DNA of 64,000 nt from a virus (IMGVR_UViG_3300046616_000431:48363-112362), one strand, 5' to 3'. Positions 19,794 through 30,092 are shown, counted from the stretch's first letter. Program-made: numbers and translations. The notes: generated by a model not told the origin, from the letters alone.

Positions 19794-21107
19794 ATGCCAC
19801 TGACCTCAGTACCCGGGCAGGTCTCGGCCGGACCCATCGACGGCTATTTCCGCGACGATGCAGGAGACGGCACGCTCGGCCTGCCCGACTGCTCGCTGGT
19901 GCCGTACGCGTACGCACCGCTGCTCGGCGAGGCCGACTCCGAACCGTCCTGGTCCATCGACCAGTTCCGCAAGGGGGCCTTCGCTGGCTTCAAGGGCTCC
20001 CCGGACGGCTTCGGCGCGCTGCGCTCGGTAGGCGGGCCCCGGGGCTCGGTGGCCATCTCGGTGATCCCGGCCGCGTCCGGGGTGAAGGACACCAGCCCGG
20101 ACGGGAGCCGGGCGCCGGACTACACCTGGGGGCCGCGCGACTTCGCCATCGCGGTCCGGCATCCGGGCACGCCGGACTGGGCTGCGGCCAACACGCGGAC
20201 GTACGTGGCTTTCACGCAGGCCACGAACAGCGTCGGTCTCCGGATCACGACGGCCGCCGCCGAGGGCCCGTGGGACGCCGAGCTGGCCGACTCCGCTGCG
20301 ATCTCCCTGACAGGCCTGGTCAACCTGTGGGACGGGAACCCCCACACGTTCTCCGTCGCCACGTACGGGCAGAACGTGTACTGCCTGATCGACAGCATCA
20401 TCGGGATCCCCTTCCGGGCACCCCGGGCCTACAAGCGCAACCCCAACGGCACAACCGACACGGCGACCTTCTCGAACATGCCGAGCACCGGCAACTACAT
20501 GGGCTACGACTGCAGGGGCCTGGAGAACTCGCTGTGGTCGTGGGCGTCGCTCCAGCCCGGAAGCGGAGATTTTTTCTTCCACGACATGGGCCCCACGGTG
20601 GTGCAGGCCGCACCAGCGACGACGGCCACGCCGACGACGACAGCCTCCGGGGAGGCCTGGTCCGTCACTGGCACCGCGACGGCGAGCAAGGACGGCCTAC
20701 TGCTGGCCGCCAACGCCACCGCGTCCTTCAACGTCGACCAGCCGTACGGCGTGCTGTGCACCCGCTGGGGCCCGGCCACGGCCGAGGGCGGCCTGGTCTT
20801 CCGCAAGGTGGACGCGAACAACCACTACATGGTCACGTCCACCGGGGTCTGGCACAAGATCTCCGGGACGCTGACGCGGTTCCACACGTTCACCACGCCG
20901 CTGACCTCGGGCACCCACGTCGCGGTCAGGAACGTGAAGGACACGATCCGCGTGTACATCAACGGCGTCTCGGTCGCGTTCTACATCGCCGACTTCCACA
21001 AGACGGGCAAGGGCGTGGGATTCCTGTCCCCGGCCGCCGGTACCAGCCAGTTCCGCTACATCGCCTTCCAGCCGATGGTCACCGACCCGATCCTGCCCAC
21101 CGTCTGA
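19794..21107 (+). CDS. Putative receptor-binding protein (ConA/LamG-like beta-sandwich)
   Basis: C-terminal 'GLVFRKVDANNHY...IRVYING...G.GVGF' pattern; in fibre cluster. Confidence 0.55.
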   Translation: MPLTSVPGQVSAGPIDGYFRDDAGDGTLGLPDCSLVPYAYAPLLGEADSEPSWSIDQFRKGAFAGFKGSPDGFGALRSVGGPRGSVAISVIPAASGVKDTSPDGSRAPDYTWGPRDFAIAVRHPGTPDWAAANTRTYVAFTQATNSVGLRITTAAAEGPWDAELADSAAISLTGLVNLWDGNPHTFSVATYGQNVYCLIDSIIGIPFRAPRAYKRNPNGTTDTATFSNMPSTGNYMGYDCRGLENSLWSWASLQPGSGDFFFHDMGPTVVQAAPATTATPTTTASGEAWSVTGTATASKDGLLLAANATASFNVDQPYGVLCTRWGPATAEGGLVFRKVDANNHYMVTSTGVWHKISGTLTRFHTFTTPLTSGTHVAVRNVKDTIRVYINGVSVAFYIADFHKTGKGVGFLSPAAGTSQFRYIAFQPMVTDPILPTV

Positions 21108-21116
21108 GAGGCCGTC

Positions 21117-23171
21117 GTGGACCGCTGCCACCTGTACATGCCGCTGATTGACTCCTCCGGCGAGACCTACCCGTTCGCCGAAGTGACGCTGCTCGACTCC
21201 GAGACGGGCACCCCCATCGAGGTCCCTGTCTACCTGGAGCCGATCGGCGGTGCGCCGCAGACGTGGCCCATCCTCGTCGACCCGGCCGTCGTCGACCTGT
21301 GGCTCGACGCCCCGGCGCGGGTCACACTCCAGGCGCTCCTCCCCGGCGGATCCAGTTTCACCCGCGCTGGCGTGGACATCTCCCCGGCCCCGGCCGCCAC
21401 CGTCCGCACCAGGGAGCCGCTGCACATCGGCTCGGCCGAGGGCCTCAACAGCGACGCCATGCTGGCGGTTTCACCGGACGGCTCGGCGGTCTGGCAGGTC
21501 CTGGACGTGCTCCGAGACCACCGGCACGGCGGCGACGCCCCCGACTCGACCTCGCTCGGCATGGCGGACCTGCAGGACATCTACCCGGGCCAGACCTGGC
21601 TCGGCGGCAGCATCAGCGGCAACCAGGGCACCGACGCCACCGTCATGGGCTACCAGGCCCAGCCCAACGCCGACGAGGCAACCGCGATCGGCCGGGGCGC
21701 GACGGCGGACCTGCACGGTGTCGCTGCCGGAGTCACCTCCACCGGCAATGTCGACGCCGTCGCCCTGGGATTCGGAGCCACCGCGTCGAAGCCGGAGCAG
21801 ATCACTCTCGGCCGCAACGCCAGTGCCGCAGCTGGTCCGAACAGCGCCATCGTGCTCGGCTCCGGGCTGGCCGCCGAGGCCACGACCGACACCAAGGCCC
21901 GGGGCGTGCACCTGCTCACGGACGGCAGCGTCGTCCTGGGCAACGGTCTCCTGCCGGACCTGAGCTGGGTGGGCGACTCATACACCGCGATCCTCGGCAG
22001 CGCGGTCGTACCCCGGTACTTCGCCGCCCGGGACGCCGTCTCTCTCGCCGGGCCGGTCAACCCCCTCGGCTTCTACGGAGGCGCCGGGGACTACCGGCCG
22101 ATCGTCGATGTCAGCGGCATCACGACGGCGACGGTCGGCCGCGACGCGCTGATGTCCCTGATGGCCGCGCTGAACGACCTGGGGATGATCTACGCAACCC
22201 AGGGGGCGATCGACGACGAGCTGGCCGACCTGACGAAGGTCACCGCCTCGGCCAACGTCGTCGTGGAGACTGGAGACGCCGACGGCTCCAAGGCGGGCGA
22301 CACCAACCGGATCAAGCGCAACGCCGCCGGGGTCGGCACGGTCACGTACTTCCGGTCCGCTGGCATCCGGGACTTCCTGGCACGGGCCTTCACCTGGCAC
22401 CAGCCGTCGAACCCAGACAACCACGAGGCCGAGATCATCGCGCACGCCTCGCCGGACAACGTCACCTGGACGCCGGTCAAGATGACGTGGCGCCCGCTGG
22501 TGGCCACGACGGCCGACTGGTACCAGAGCTGGATCTCCAACACGCGCCCCATCCCGGCCGGGATGAAGTACGTGCGCCTCACGCTGGGCGTGAACGTCCA
22601 GGTGTGGACGCCGCAGCTCGGCCGGATCATCGTGCGGGCGTACCCCCGCCGGAACCTGGTCCTGAATCCGACCCTGGGCACGGGCATCGCCAACACGAGC
22701 TACCACGGGTACAACGTCACCCGCGCCTACGACACCACGCAGGGCTTCAGCGGCACCAACTCCATCAAGATCACCAATGGCTCCACGCAGAGCGGCGGCC
22801 CCTCCTTCACCATGGAGCCGGTGTCTGCCCAGCAGATGCTGCAGGCCGGAATCTACGTGAAGCTGCCGACCTCCGGCTTCTCCGCTGGCCAGTTCGTCTG
22901 GCGCTCGGGGACGACGGTGCTGAAGTCGGAGCCCATCACGCCGCCGACGACCGGCGCGTGGACGCGCTTCACCAGCGTGTACACGCTCGCGGCTGGCCAG
23001 ACCTGCGACAACGTCGCTGTCGTCTTCACGCCGACGACAGCGAACCTGTCCTGGAACGCGGACGCAGCCATCGCGGTCGTGGGAGACACGATGCCGGGCT
23101 TCTTCGACGGCACGTCCACGGGAGCCGCCTGGGAGGGCGCCCCCCACGCCTCGGTCTCCCGGCTGGTCTGA
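21117..23171 (+). CDS. Tail fibre protein with YadA-like repeats and two C-terminal carbohydrate-binding-like modules
   Basis: Shared N-terminal domain; 'RNLVLNP...WTRF...FFDG...W.G.PHAS.S' fibre-tip module. Confidence 0.7.
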   Translation: MDRCHLYMPLIDSSGETYPFAEVTLLDSETGTPIEVPVYLEPIGGAPQTWPILVDPAVVDLWLDAPARVTLQALLPGGSSFTRAGVDISPAPAATVRTREPLHIGSAEGLNSDAMLAVSPDGSAVWQVLDVLRDHRHGGDAPDSTSLGMADLQDIYPGQTWLGGSISGNQGTDATVMGYQAQPNADEATAIGRGATADLHGVAAGVTSTGNVDAVALGFGATASKPEQITLGRNASAAAGPNSAIVLGSGLAAEATTDTKARGVHLLTDGSVVLGNGLLPDLSWVGDSYTAILGSAVVPRYFAARDAVSLAGPVNPLGFYGGAGDYRPIVDVSGITTATVGRDALMSLMAALNDLGMIYATQGAIDDELADLTKVTASANVVVETGDADGSKAGDTNRIKRNAAGVGTVTYFRSAGIRDFLARAFTWHQPSNPDNHEAEIIAHASPDNVTWTPVKMTWRPLVATTADWYQSWISNTRPIPAGMKYVRLTLGVNVQVWTPQLGRIIVRAYPRRNLVLNPTLGTGIANTSYHGYNVTRAYDTTQGFSGTNSIKITNGSTQSGGPSFTMEPVSAQQMLQAGIYVKLPTSGFSAGQFVWRSGTTVLKSEPITPPTTGAWTRFTSVYTLAAGQTCDNVAVVFTPTTANLSWNADAAIAVVGDTMPGFFDGTSTGAAWEGAPHASVSRLV

Positions 23172-23181
23172 GGAGGCAGGG

Positions 23182-24729
23182 GTGGCGACCTTCAGCAGCC
23201 CGCACGGCCTTTTTCCATGTCAGCAGGAGGGGGTCGCCTTCGCGTTCCTCAAGCGCTCCGGCCTCATGGTCGCCGACACCGGCATCGGCAAGTCGGTCAT
23301 GGCGCTGGCGCTCGCGGCGCTGCTGGCCGACGAGGACGCCGAGGACCTGGTCCTGCTGGTCTGCAAGACGAACAAGGTCGCCGAGTGGGCCGAGGACTTC
23401 GCCGCCTTCACCACCCTGACCCACCGCGTCCACCACGGTCCGGCCCGGCACAAGCAGCTGGGCAAGCTCGGGGTGCCCCACGTCCTGATCTCCACCTTCG
23501 AGACCCTGCGCACGGACCTGGTGACCTTCGGCGTCCGGCCGGGCAAGCGGGCCACGACGCCCTCGGACGCCCCTCTCCTCGAAGCGCTCCTGCAAGCGCA
23601 GGCCGACGGCCGCCGGATCCTCGTGGTCTACGACGAGATCTCGGACAAGCTGCGCAACCGGTCCAGCCGGATGTACAAGGCCCACTGGTACGCCCTGAAC
23701 CGGCTGCGCAAGGCCCAGCCGGACATGCGGGCCATCGGGCTGACGGCGACGCCGATGGCCAAGTCGTACGAGGACGGCTTCAACCTGCTGCGGCTGCTGG
23801 TCCCGGACGCCATGCCCCAGGTCAAACAGTTCGAGGACGTCGTGATCAAGCAGCGGGACGAGTACGGGCGCCCGCGCTACGACCAGCTCGGCGTCGACTG
23901 GTTCGTGGAGCTGGCCCAGCAGCACATGTGGAGGAAGCGGAAGACGGACCCGGATGTGCGCGGATTGTTCCCAGCGCGCATCGAGGAGTTCCGCAAGCTG
24001 CACATGAATCGCGACCAGCAGCAGCTGTACGACGTCGTGACGTCACTGCAGGATGGCCAGGAGACGCCCGTGCCGGGTCTGTGGACCGCTCTGCGGCAGA
24101 TCGCGGCCCATCCGGCCGCCCTGATCCACTCCGCGACGCACGGCGAGTCCCAGATGGCACGGGAGCTGGTGCAGGCGTTCGGGGCTGAGTTCCTGCGGTC
24201 GGTGTCGTCGAGGAAGGCCGAGGAACTTGTCGAGTACCTGTCACCCATCATCCATGGACAGGGTGACAAAGCGGTCGTGTTCTCTCAATTCGGGCCGTCC
24301 GTACTGCCGTTGCTCGCCGAGGCCCTGCTCAAGGAAGGGATCCGCAGCTACCTCTACGTCGGCGACATGAACACCGCCGAGCGGGAGCAGGCCCGCCGGT
24401 CGTTCCGCGCCGACAGCGGCGCCTGTGTCTTCCTGACCTCCGACGCGGGCAAGGACGGCATCAACCTGCCCGAAGCCACCTACCTGGTCGAGTACGAGTC
24501 CGCGCTGACCTACGAGACCCGCACGCAGCGCCTCGGCCGGATCGACCGGGTCACCTCGACGGCGGCCTCCATCACCTGCACCACGTTCGTCCTGCAGGGC
24601 ACGGTCGAGGACGGCATCGTGGACACCATGCTGGAGCGCAACGAAATGGCGGACCGGTTCCTGGGGGACACCGGCGCCGAAGGCCACGTGGGGGCCGTAC
24701 AGCGCCGCGCCAACCTCGTCTTCAGCTGA
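23182..24729 (+). CDS. SNF2-family (SF2) helicase/ATPase
   Basis: 'QQEGV','DTGIGKS','VYDE','LTATP','VVFSQF','GKDGINL','QRLGRIDR' SF2 motifs. Confidence 0.9.
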   Translation: MATFSSPHGLFPCQQEGVAFAFLKRSGLMVADTGIGKSVMALALAALLADEDAEDLVLLVCKTNKVAEWAEDFAAFTTLTHRVHHGPARHKQLGKLGVPHVLISTFETLRTDLVTFGVRPGKRATTPSDAPLLEALLQAQADGRRILVVYDEISDKLRNRSSRMYKAHWYALNRLRKAQPDMRAIGLTATPMAKSYEDGFNLLRLLVPDAMPQVKQFEDVVIKQRDEYGRPRYDQLGVDWFVELAQQHMWRKRKTDPDVRGLFPARIEEFRKLHMNRDQQQLYDVVTSLQDGQETPVPGLWTALRQIAAHPAALIHSATHGESQMARELVQAFGAEFLRSVSSRKAEELVEYLSPIIHGQGDKAVVFSQFGPSVLPLLAEALLKEGIRSYLYVGDMNTAEREQARRSFRADSGACVFLTSDAGKDGINLPEATYLVEYESALTYETRTQRLGRIDRVTSTAASITCTTFVLQGTVEDGIVDTMLERNEMADRFLGDTGAEGHVGAVQRRANLVFS

Positions 24730-24742
24730 CCTGCACAAAAGA

Positions 24743-24781
24743 CGGGAGCCCCACGGGAATGACCTCCCCCTGGGGCTCCCG
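24743..24781 (-). terminator. Intrinsic terminator hairpin (possibly bidirectional)
   Basis: CGGGAGCCCCA / TGGGGCTCCCG stem; T-run follows on the minus strand. Confidence 0.6.
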
Positions 24782-24868
24782 CTCGCGCGTCGGATTTGGC
24801 TCCCCGGGAACTCCCGGACCAGCACCGCGTGACGACCGTATCACCCACAGTCCGCAGGATGAACAGCT

Positions 24869-24938
24869 TTCTCAGCAACGACACAACCCCAGAGGGGCGC
24901 AGCCTGGGGGGTCACATCGAATGTGTCAAAGCTGAGAA
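24869..24938 (+). repeat. Copy 1 of a 70-bp origin-like element (inverted TTCTCAG-N4-GACACA arms around a GC-rich core)
   Basis: About 61 of 71 positions identical, by manual alignment, to the reverse complement of 25838-25908. Confidence 0.85.
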
Positions 24939-25247
24939 CTCGCTGGTCACACGCTCTTTGAATGCTTCAGGCACCGTGCTGAGGTCCACAGAATCCTGGA
25001 AGCCTATGAAGACAGCCCAGCCATCGCCCCACTTCCGTGCGATGGCGCACATGGGGTAGGGGTCCCGGGTCAGACCTCGGTACTTCAGGTTGTTGCGTAC
25101 GCCTGGAAGGGCGGCCTGTGCCTCTGCTTTAGGCAGGCACCGTGTGGCGGGAATCGGTCGCTGCATGGGCAGAACCGTAGGCGAGCGGAAACAGGCTGGC
25201 AAGGGCACGTATGGCCCCTGATCTGGGGAAACGGTCGTACTGGAAGG

Positions 25248-26645
25248 TCAGGCGGCCTGGGCGAGCTGGTTCCTGCGGACCAACTCGTCGTAGCTGGGCT
25301 CCTCTTCGAGCCAGAGCAGCCTGCCGTCCGAGGCGATGACCAGGTCGGAGATGATCTCGCCGGTCGCCGGGTCGATGACCTCGTTGCCCCACTGCCAGCG
25401 CTGGTCGACCTCGTCGCCACGGACGGGCGTCACGTCGGCCATACGGCGCTCCCGCAGGCGGGGGAGGGTGATCTCGTGCCAGATCAGCCGCTGGGCCTTG
25501 TGCAGCTCCAGGCGGCGCTGAGAGGTCCCCTCGGTGCCCACCTGGGCCGCCACCGCATCCCAGCCGTCCCAGGCCTCGGAGAGCGCCTCCTGGGCCGTCT
25601 CAGTGAGCGCCCAGAGGCTTCCGTCCCGGGTCACCAGGTCGTACTCAGCAAGGCGCTTCAGGTGGCGGTACGCGGTGGCGACGCTGAGCATGGCGCTCTC
25701 GGTCAGTTCGGCCGCCGTCTGCCTGTCGTTCCTGCTCAGGGCGGCCAGCAGCTTCAACGAGGAGGCGCCCAGACCCCGGTGGGCGAAGGCATCGAGGGAC
25801 ATCAGCCGAGAGATGACGGCACCGTCCAGGTCACCGTTTCTCAGGTTCGACACACTCGATTGCGCCCCCCCAGGCTGCGCCCCCATGGGGTTGTGTCGAC
25901 GCTGAGAACGGTCTTCAAAAATCATCCACTGGGACCCCTTCTCACCCGAGCCGGACTCCATCAGCCGGACCCAGCCCTTGAGGCGCTGCGTGGTGGCGAT
26001 GTAGGCGGTCCTGGCGGTGCACCCAGCGATCTCGGCGGCCTCGCGGTAGGAGAGCGTGTAGACGCGGCCCCCAGCGCGGTGGGCGGCCTTCCAGTGGGCC
26101 ATCAGGACGCGGAGGTTGGTCGATCCGGCAGTGCCGCGCCAGGAGGCGCTGGTGATCCGGTCCCGCAGCTCGATGAGGTCGATGACGGCGTCCTGGCGGG
26201 AGCCGATGGCCACCCCGGACCCGACGCACTTGACCGCGCGCTGCCAGACCTTGTCGATGTACTTGTGGGCCGAGGGCATGCTCATGTTGCGGACGTGGTT
26301 GCCGCCGGTGGACGGCCAGTCGATGAGCGCCTCGGTGAACTGGTCCCGGGTCCAGCGGTGCCGGACGGCAGCAGCAGCGACGGCTGCGGTGATCGCGTGG
26401 CCGTGCTTCGACTTCGCGGACTGGAGGCTGGAGGCGTCGGTCGAGCCGTAGCGGCTCTCGGTGTCGCCGTCGATCAACACGCCTGCCATACGCGGCGAGA
26501 GGGCCGGGAAGCGGTGCGACCAGTGGTTCGACTGCAGGTCACGCGGGGACGCGTCGCGCAAGGTCGCGGTTGCGGAAACGACACCGAGATTCAGGTCACT
26601 TTCGGCGTGCCGCACGGGCTGAGAGATACTAAAATGAGCAAGCAC
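25248..26645 (-). CDS. Putative plasmid-type replication initiator (two winged-HTH regions)
   Basis: 'LSYREAAEIAGCTARTAY' and 'TAAELTESAMLSVATAYRHLKRL' HTHs; isolated minus-strand gene with long non-coding flanks and an internal iteron-like element. Confidence 0.55.
   Translation of the reverse strand: MLAHFSISQPVRHAESDLNLGVVSATATLRDASPRDLQSNHWSHRFPALSPRMAGVLIDGDTESRYGSTDASSLQSAKSKHGHAITAAVAAAAVRHRWTRDQFTEALIDWPSTGGNHVRNMSMPSAHKYIDKVWQRAVKCVGSGVAIGSRQDAVIDLIELRDRITSASWRGTAGSTNLRVLMAHWKAAHRAGGRVYTLSYREAAEIAGCTARTAYIATTQRLKGWVRLMESGSGEKGSQWMIFEDRSQRRHNPMGAQPGGAQSSVSNLRNGDLDGAVISRLMSLDAFAHRGLGASSLKLLAALSRNDRQTAAELTESAMLSVATAYRHLKRLAEYDLVTRDGSLWALTETAQEALSEAWDGWDAVAAQVGTEGTSQRRLELHKAQRLIWHEITLPRLRERRMADVTPVRGDEVDQRWQWGNEVIDPATGEIISDLVIASDGRLLWLEEEPSYDELVRRNQLAQAA
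25838..25908 (-). repeat. Copy 2 of the origin-like element, inside the Rep-like CDS
   Basis: Inverted near-copy of 24869-24938, falling in the linker between the two HTH regions. Confidence 0.85.
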
Positions 26646-27162
26646 GGAGTGCTCGGCCCTTCTCTTTGGTCAGACGGAGAGGCCGGACCACCGTGAGGGC
26701 GATGGTCAGACCGCATAGGTCGCGTCGCCTGGCGGGAACCCGTCCTGGCGGGTTGGGTTCCTTTTCCTGCTCGGCTTGCTTGGCGGCTTGACCGAGTGGA
26801 TGAGACCTCCCAGGCGGAGGTCGAGCCTTACGTGAGGGGCGCGGGAACCTGTGGCGGGTTCCTAGCGCCCCTCCAGCTTTTCTACGTGCTGTCCATGATC
26901 GAAAGCTCCCTTGGCGGGGCCGGGCAGCGCGCTGACCGGCGAAGCGTGGTGGTGGGCCGAAGGTGGCGGGTACGGGCCCAGGGCACATTGAACATCATCA
27001 GACCCCGGTATGGGGAGTCAGGGTGCGATATAGCACTCCTGACGGCGTGTCGGCTGCCCGCCAGATCCGAACGACGAGTTCCGTGAGAACGCGGCCCTGC
27101 TTCGGTAGCGTGCGAAATCCGCCAAGATAACCCGCCACGCGTTGCCTAGGGGCCCATCCGCC

Positions 27163-29253
27163 ATGTCTTCAGCCCTGCCTGGAACCTTCCTCTCCACCCA
27201 AGCCGTCCTCTCCCAAGCGCTGCCGAACTACCGCGAACGACCGCAGCAGTTGAACCTCGCCCTCCACATCGAGCACACCTTCATGGACCGCCTGGAGGAG
27301 GAGATCGAGTCGGAGGGGGCCCCGCGCGTCCTCATGGCCGAGGCCGGGACCGGCACGGGCAAGTCGCTCGCCGCGATGATCCCGCTCATCCACGCCAGCC
27401 GCCGGGGCGGCCGGTACATCGTCGCCACCTCGACGATCGCCCTCATGAATCAGTACATTCGTACCGATTTGCCGATGCTGGAGCGCGAACTGGGCAAAGT
27501 GGGCGTCAACTTCACCTGGGCACCGCTCAAGGGAATTTCCAACTTTGCATGTGCCGTCAAGCTCGCCGAGGGCCCGGCCATCGCGAACCTCAAGCCCCTG
27601 CTCGACGAGCTGAACGCCACCGACGACGAAGGCCAGCTCACGCACACCGGCGACAAGGACGACATCCAGACGCCGATCGACCACCGCACCGAGTGGAAGC
27701 TCCTGTCGGCAGGCCAGGACGAGTGCCCCGGCCGCTCCAAGTGCGCCATGGCCGAGAGCTGCTTCGGCATGAAGCACAAGGACCAGGCCATGGAGGCGGG
27801 CATCGTCGTCACCAACACGGCCGTGCTCATGCTGGACACCAAGCTCTACCGGCAGACCCGCCGGACCAGCGCGACCGGCGAGGGCATGCACATCCTGCTC
27901 GGCGACTACGACGGCCTGGTCGTGGACGAGGCGCACGAACTGGAGTCGACCGCGACTTCGCACCTCGGCATCGACGTGAAGCAGGGCGGCCTGATCCGCT
28001 ACACGGACCAGGTCGTGAACTTCATCAACACCCACAGCGAAGACGACGCCGGAGCGCAGCTCCAGCAGGACAAGATCCTCGCGCACCTCGCTGACGTCGG
28101 CGACGGCATCCTGGAGGTACTGGGCAAGGAGGAGCGGGCCACCCTCGGCACCGACTTCATCGTCGAGAACTTCTCCTCGTTCGAGTCGCTCTTCGTCGAG
28201 CTGATGGACCTGATCGCCAAGCTGCGCAAGACCAAGATCGACCGAGGGGACGCCGAGCGGTACGAGGACGTCAAGGCGCGGCTCAGCACCCAGGGGAGCA
28301 ACTACCTCGCCCACCTCAAGGAGATCCTGCTGGCCGAGCCGGACAAGGTCGTGCGCTGGGCCGAGACCTACGGCGACCGCCGCCGCGAGGGAGGCCCGCG
28401 CTGGGCCATCAAGACCGCGCCCATCGAGGTCGGCGACTACCTCCGCGAAGAGCTGTGGAGCCGGGTGCCCTCGGTCCTGATGTCCGCCACCCTCAGCGCC
28501 GGAGTCGGCCGGTCCCGCTTCGACTACATCCAGCGCTCCCTCGGCCTGCAGGGCGCCGAGATCCTCGACGTCGGCACCCCCTTCGACTACCCCAACCAGG
28601 CCCTGCTGTTCGTCCCGGAGTCCAGCGTGCCGTCCCCGAGCCCCAACACCCGGGGCGCCTGGGAGACCTGGGTCCGCGAGGCCACCTTCAAGCTGGTGCA
28701 GATGGCCGGAGGCGGAGCCATGCTGCTCTACACCTCCCGCAAGGCCATGGATGACGCCTACGACGCGCTGTGGCCGCGCCTGCAGGACATCGGCTGCCAG
28801 AGCTTCCTGCAGGGCAGCGACCTCACGAACAAGGAGATCGCAGCCCGCTTCCGCGACGACGAGGACAGCGTCCTGTTCGGCCTGCGCAGCTTCATGACGG
28901 GCATGGACTTCCCCGGCCGGACGAACCGGCTGGTCGTCGTGGACAAGCTGCCCTTCGCCGTGCCGACGGACCCGATCCACATGGCCCGAGAGGACGCCAT
29001 CCGCAACCGCGACGGCAACCCCTTCATCGACCTGGCCATCCCCACCATGACCCTCACGCTGGAGCAGGCCTTCGGCCGCCTGATCCGCAGCACCGACGAC
29101 CGGGGTGTCGTCGCGATCATGGACTCGCGCCTCTCCTCGACCTGGTGGGGCCAGAAGATCCAGGCGGCGCTGCCGCCCGCGCGGCGCACCACGGCCTTCG
29201 CCGACGTGGAGGACTTCTACGCCCAGGACTCCGCGCTGGAACTCGCCTCCTGA
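27163..29253 (+). CDS. dinG: DinG/YoaA-family ATP-dependent helicase
   Basis: 'RPQQ','EAGTGTGKS','VVDEAH','SATL','PFDY','GMDFPG','DKLPF','QAFGRLIR' motifs; Fe-S cysteines. Confidence 0.92.
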   Translation: MSSALPGTFLSTQAVLSQALPNYRERPQQLNLALHIEHTFMDRLEEEIESEGAPRVLMAEAGTGTGKSLAAMIPLIHASRRGGRYIVATSTIALMNQYIRTDLPMLERELGKVGVNFTWAPLKGISNFACAVKLAEGPAIANLKPLLDELNATDDEGQLTHTGDKDDIQTPIDHRTEWKLLSAGQDECPGRSKCAMAESCFGMKHKDQAMEAGIVVTNTAVLMLDTKLYRQTRRTSATGEGMHILLGDYDGLVVDEAHELESTATSHLGIDVKQGGLIRYTDQVVNFINTHSEDDAGAQLQQDKILAHLADVGDGILEVLGKEERATLGTDFIVENFSSFESLFVELMDLIAKLRKTKIDRGDAERYEDVKARLSTQGSNYLAHLKEILLAEPDKVVRWAETYGDRRREGGPRWAIKTAPIEVGDYLREELWSRVPSVLMSATLSAGVGRSRFDYIQRSLGLQGAEILDVGTPFDYPNQALLFVPESSVPSPSPNTRGAWETWVREATFKLVQMAGGGAMLLYTSRKAMDDAYDALWPRLQDIGCQSFLQGSDLTNKEIAARFRDDEDSVLFGLRSFMTGMDFPGRTNRLVVVDKLPFAVPTDPIHMAREDAIRNRDGNPFIDLAIPTMTLTLEQAFGRLIRSTDDRGVVAIMDSRLSSTWWGQKIQAALPPARRTTAFADVEDFYAQDSALELAS

Positions 29254-29336
29254 ATTTGTTGGCACCTACCCCAAAGCTGGGGTACCTTAATTCCACGCCA
29301 AGATAGACCGCCTTAAATCGCACCAGGAGCATCAAC

Positions 29337-30092
29337 ATGTCTGCTGCCACCACTGAGATCGCCCCCACCTACGACTTCGACAAGCTGGCCGTCTCCCTCA
29401 AGGCCAACCCCGAGACCGACCTCGCCTCCCTCCTCAACGAACTCGCCAAGCCCCCGGCGCCCTCCATCGTCGACAAGCCGGTCGTCAAGAAGGCGGATCC
29501 GTCCGCGACCCAGGCCCTCAACGAGGAGATGAACCGCTCCGTCGCGGCCCTCGCGAAGGTCTTCGGCAAGGTGGCTCTCCCGGCGACGCGGCGCGAGCTG
29601 CGCTCCCACGAGCTGACCGGATTCCTGACCGAGCAGGAAGAACTCAACGCCGCGAAGAAGGTCATCGAAAAGCGCCTCGGGCTGATTAAGAGCAGCGTCT
29701 CGGACCACTTCGACGTCGTCGTGGAGAAGGCCGGGATCGCCGAGCCGGGGAAGACCCCGGTCGACAAGAATGGCCACTACCTGGTCGGCGGCAGCAGCAA
29801 GGAGAAGCGCCTGGAGGCGCGAGTCCCGGGCTCGGCGACCTGCTTCGTCCGCGAGAAGGGCGACGACAAGACCTCCCTCAGCGGCGAACTGCTTCTGGAC
29901 CTCTACGAGACCGGCAAGATCACCCGGGCCGAGTACCTGGCGGTCACCAGCGAGGTGACCAGCCGCGTCCTCGACCAGAGCAAGCTGCGCGCCGGTCTCC
30001 TCTCCAAGGCGCGGATGGCGCGCACCCAGGAGATCATCGAGGCGATCACCGTGGTTACCTACGGCAACAACAGCATCAACGTCCGGAAGTAG
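29337..30092 (+). CDS. Hypothetical protein (251 aa)
   Basis: AGGAG RBS, strong codon bias. Confidence 0.75.
   Translation: MSAATTEIAPTYDFDKLAVSLKANPETDLASLLNELAKPPAPSIVDKPVVKKADPSATQALNEEMNRSVAALAKVFGKVALPATRRELRSHELTGFLTEQEELNAAKKVIEKRLGLIKSSVSDHFDVVVEKAGIAEPGKTPVDKNGHYLVGGSSKEKRLEARVPGSATCFVREKGDDKTSLSGELLLDLYETGKITRAEYLAVTSEVTSRVLDQSKLRAGLLSKARMARTQEIIEAITVVTYGNNSINVRK

Noticed and set aside
14-23171. Extracellular contractile injection system or tailocin rather than phage
   Set aside because: Linked terminase and complete replisome indicate a DNA-packaging phage
24796-25208. Small ORFs between SNF2 and rep (24796-25059 +, 24912-25208 -)
   Set aside because: Weak codon bias, no clear RBS, and overlap with the origin-like repeat
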